Of a DNA stretch of 64,000 nt, positions 61,134 through 64,000 are shown one piece after another. Position numbers and translations under genes: made by a program. The notes beneath the pieces were generated by a model. It saw nothing but the letters and a program-made list of their open reading frames with translations. It searched no databases and was not told where the DNA came from. Position 1 is the first letter of the stretch; every line of letters starts with the position of its first letter. The stretch is from Podarcis filfolensis (lineage: Eukaryota): assembly GCA_964270895.1 (NCBI GenBank), contig OZ185436.1; one strand, written 5' to 3'.

Positions 61134-64000
61134 TGGAATGCAACCATTTTTTTCCTAGCAGTTTTATGTTTCTGTAACAACTTCAAGACAGGCAGTAATT
61201 GAATAGGTAAAGTTTCTCATCAACTTTACCTCCTGAACTTCCCTGTTGCACAGCTGTTAAAAGTACACAAATTCTGTCAATGTAGCAAACCTAGTTTATA
61301 CCTAGGGTCTCTATACTTTAAAAGGTACAGAGTTTCCCTTATGAGCCCTGATGAAGGGCACCAGCAATCAGTTGATAGGTAGTTTTGTTGTCCCCATCAC
61401 TAAAATACTGTATAGCAGGACTGCATCTTTGGAACTTTTATCTCCTTCAGAACTTTTAACTGAGACCCTGGACTCAGCTACCTTAGTAAAGAAAAAGCGT
61501 TTTATATGTGTTATAACACTCTGACACCAGATGGTGCTGTGGAGTCCCATGTTTCACCAGAGTGATTTCCCATAACAAAGTTTACAACACGTTTTCCTGA
61601 AACGCTTTTTGGATGTGTCTAGATCCAGCCCCTTTGTAGTCACTGTATAGATTGGGAATTCTCAACTTTTGTGATAGTGGGTTATCTCATTACTTGAGCC
61701 TCCCCAGGAGCCTTTCTTCTGGTCCCAGGCCTGGGAACCCTGGACTGGTTCTCAACTACATTAACCTATTTTAGAAATAGGCAGTCTCAGTCCATCTTTC
61801 TCTTTTTTTTGCTTTTGCTTCTTTATTCCAATATCATCTCTCTAAAATGTCTGTCAGCATAATGGGATACAAACAGAACAAAAGGTTCCAGGCCTGACAA
61901 GTGCGTGCATCTCTTCTCAGGTAAAGCAGCCCCTTTGTGGTTAGAATCTAGGAGGACAGAACAATGATGACCAGGGTTCCAGCTTTCTATTTGCCACCTT
62001 TCTGTTGCATTAATAAATAGTGTTGAATTATTCAAGTGAAAGGAAGCTTCTACATACGAGCCATCTGTGGTTCCCCTTGCTAGATTCAATAGATTTTAAA
62101 GTGTCTTTTGCAATAGCTAGCCTGCAGTGAATACAATTGATCAACAGCAGCAATCAGATAAAAATAACCCAGCACTATGGATGTATAGCACAGACTGGCA
62201 CGCTGTTCAGAATATAATACTGTAGTGTAAAGACACGCTCTTGTGGTGTACAGAAATCTTCTCTATGGTCTGTTTATTTATGTGGACCATTTCCATTCAG
62301 TTCTTAAGTCTTCTGGTTTTACTTTAGGGGTGAGGATGCTACACACACAAAAACGTGCACATTACTAATTGTCAGTAGGATAGCCAGGGATCTTTTCTCA
62401 AGGTATACTGAAATTTTGTCAGCTTACAGAGAATGAATGTTTTGTCAAGTGAGAATATTGTTACACTTTGTTCAAGCAGTGAGAAATTCTAGGAGTACAA
62501 CGCTTATCCAGGTTCGGTTTCTTTTGGAAGGAGATCACTGGAATCTTATGGGGTTCTGTATTGTTCTGTATAATGCTATACTTCTGTGTGATCATTTGGG
62601 AAAGTGCCTTAGTCTAAATCAGTTGCTTCAGATCTACTTGGCTGTATTTGGTTACTTTGCAAATATTTTGGTTCCCTAGAAGGGTGACAGCCTACTGGTT
62701 AGGGAGTTGGGTTTGACTCTGGACTCCTTAACCTTGACAAGTCTTACTATGCTCCTGGTTTAAATCTTCCAAGAGACAGCAAAATCCCAGCCCTCCATCT
62801 GATCTCCAGTCTTAAGAAAGTCCCAGCTCATTGGGTGCAATCAACCAGAAATCGCCTTAAAAAAATTATTTACTTGGCAACTTTTGTCACTGACTTATTA
62901 TTGATAATGATATTATTATTATTAATACCCTGCCCATCTGTCGGGGTCTCCCCAGCCACTCTGGGTGCCTTCTAGCACATATAATATGTTGGCAGTCTTC
63001 TTTTGTGACCCATCTTAGATCAGCCCACGACCCAAGTAGTGGGTCCCGGCCCCCCAGCTGAAGTTCACTGCTTTACAGTATTATTATTACTATTTATTGA
63101 ATTTGTATATGGCCCTTTGTCAGAAGACGATAGGGCAGTTTACAACATACAACGCAAATATAACGTTGTATAGAAGTCCTTAGTAAAAGTCATACAACAT
63201 GGGTGCTTTATGGGTAAGATGACACTTAAGCACTCCAAGAGCGTTTGGGTTGCCACTTTGGGCAACAGGATGTGGACAGCATAGTAAGGGAGTCCCTCAC
63301 AGAACTTCTGGCTCCATTAACCCTCTCCTATCTAAATCTCCCAATTTTACAACAATATGATATTCTCCAAGATAGCGCATCTGTTTTTATTGAGGATAAC
63401 ATGCTGAATCCACCAATTTGTAAACTTTATTTTTGTAGGGTTTCAGAAACTTCTTTGCAAGCTGCACACTCCTCCTGTCCTGAAACACATTTCCACATGC
63501 TAGTGAGTGCTAAGTGGCTTGCGTGGGTGGCGGCAGAACCCAACCATCAAAATATTCTGAAAGGCTATCTCACAACTCCAGGCCAACATCAAAATTTGCT
63601 CTTTAGTGATTTTAAGTATATTATGTAAATATATATTGTAACTTGACTCAAGGATGGAGATGTGTCATTTGGAGCAATGCAGCACAAGCCACTTCAGGGG
63701 CATCTTAGGGGAACGTTATGTGATTCTCACCTCAGGGTACCTGTTGTGTACTCATAAATGCTGCAAGCTGATTTGAGGACTGCAGTCAGAAAGTGGAATA
63801 TAAATCTACTCATTCAATAAATTAAGACACCTAGTAACTTTCAAGGCACAGACAAGATTACAATAAGCAGCTTCCTGGTTCACAACTGAAATGCGATGGC
63901 ATTGCTGCCCTACAGAAGCTCTCTGCCAATGGGTGGAGCAGCTAGCCTCATGGCAGAGCACAGGCAGTAGCTTCTGCCTTAAGACATTTGCAAAATAATA

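Noticed and set aside
1-64000. CRISPR arrays, prokaryotic operons, rRNA genes, intact transposases, endogenous retroviral genes
   Set aside because: None seen; the sequence is vertebrate genomic DNA with spliced genes and non-autonomous or decayed TEs.

Overview
Vertebrate nuclear DNA, most likely from a squamate (lacertid-like) lizard; this is inferred from Sauria SINEs, a BovB tail, and the CR1/L2/L1 and hAT/Tc1-mariner MITE content. Two protein-coding genes lie on the minus strand. (1) The 5' half of CSNK1A1 (casein kinase 1 alpha): coding exons 1-4 at 22655-22777, 21667-21773, 7483-7609 and 5725-5823, all with GT-AG borders, plus a CpG-island promoter at about 22.4-23.5 kb. Later exons were not found in the window, and the alternative 84-nt 'L' exon probably sits inside the 204-base N gap at 3373-3576. 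(2) An intact single-exon 955-aa Toll-like receptor (38793-41660) of the TLR11/13/21/22 family, whose TIR domain is most like TLR22, with a canonical NF-kB site upstream. The rest is intron or intergenic DNA rich in transposable elements, many with readable target-site duplications. The most unusual element is a young 2.1-kb L1-like retroelement (10719-12841). It has a CpG-rich 5' end, one 213-aa ORF, no reverse transcriptase, a poly(A) tail and a 17-bp TSD, and it is inserted in sense orientation in CSNK1A1 intron 2. Most other ORFs in the supplied track are non-coding noise.
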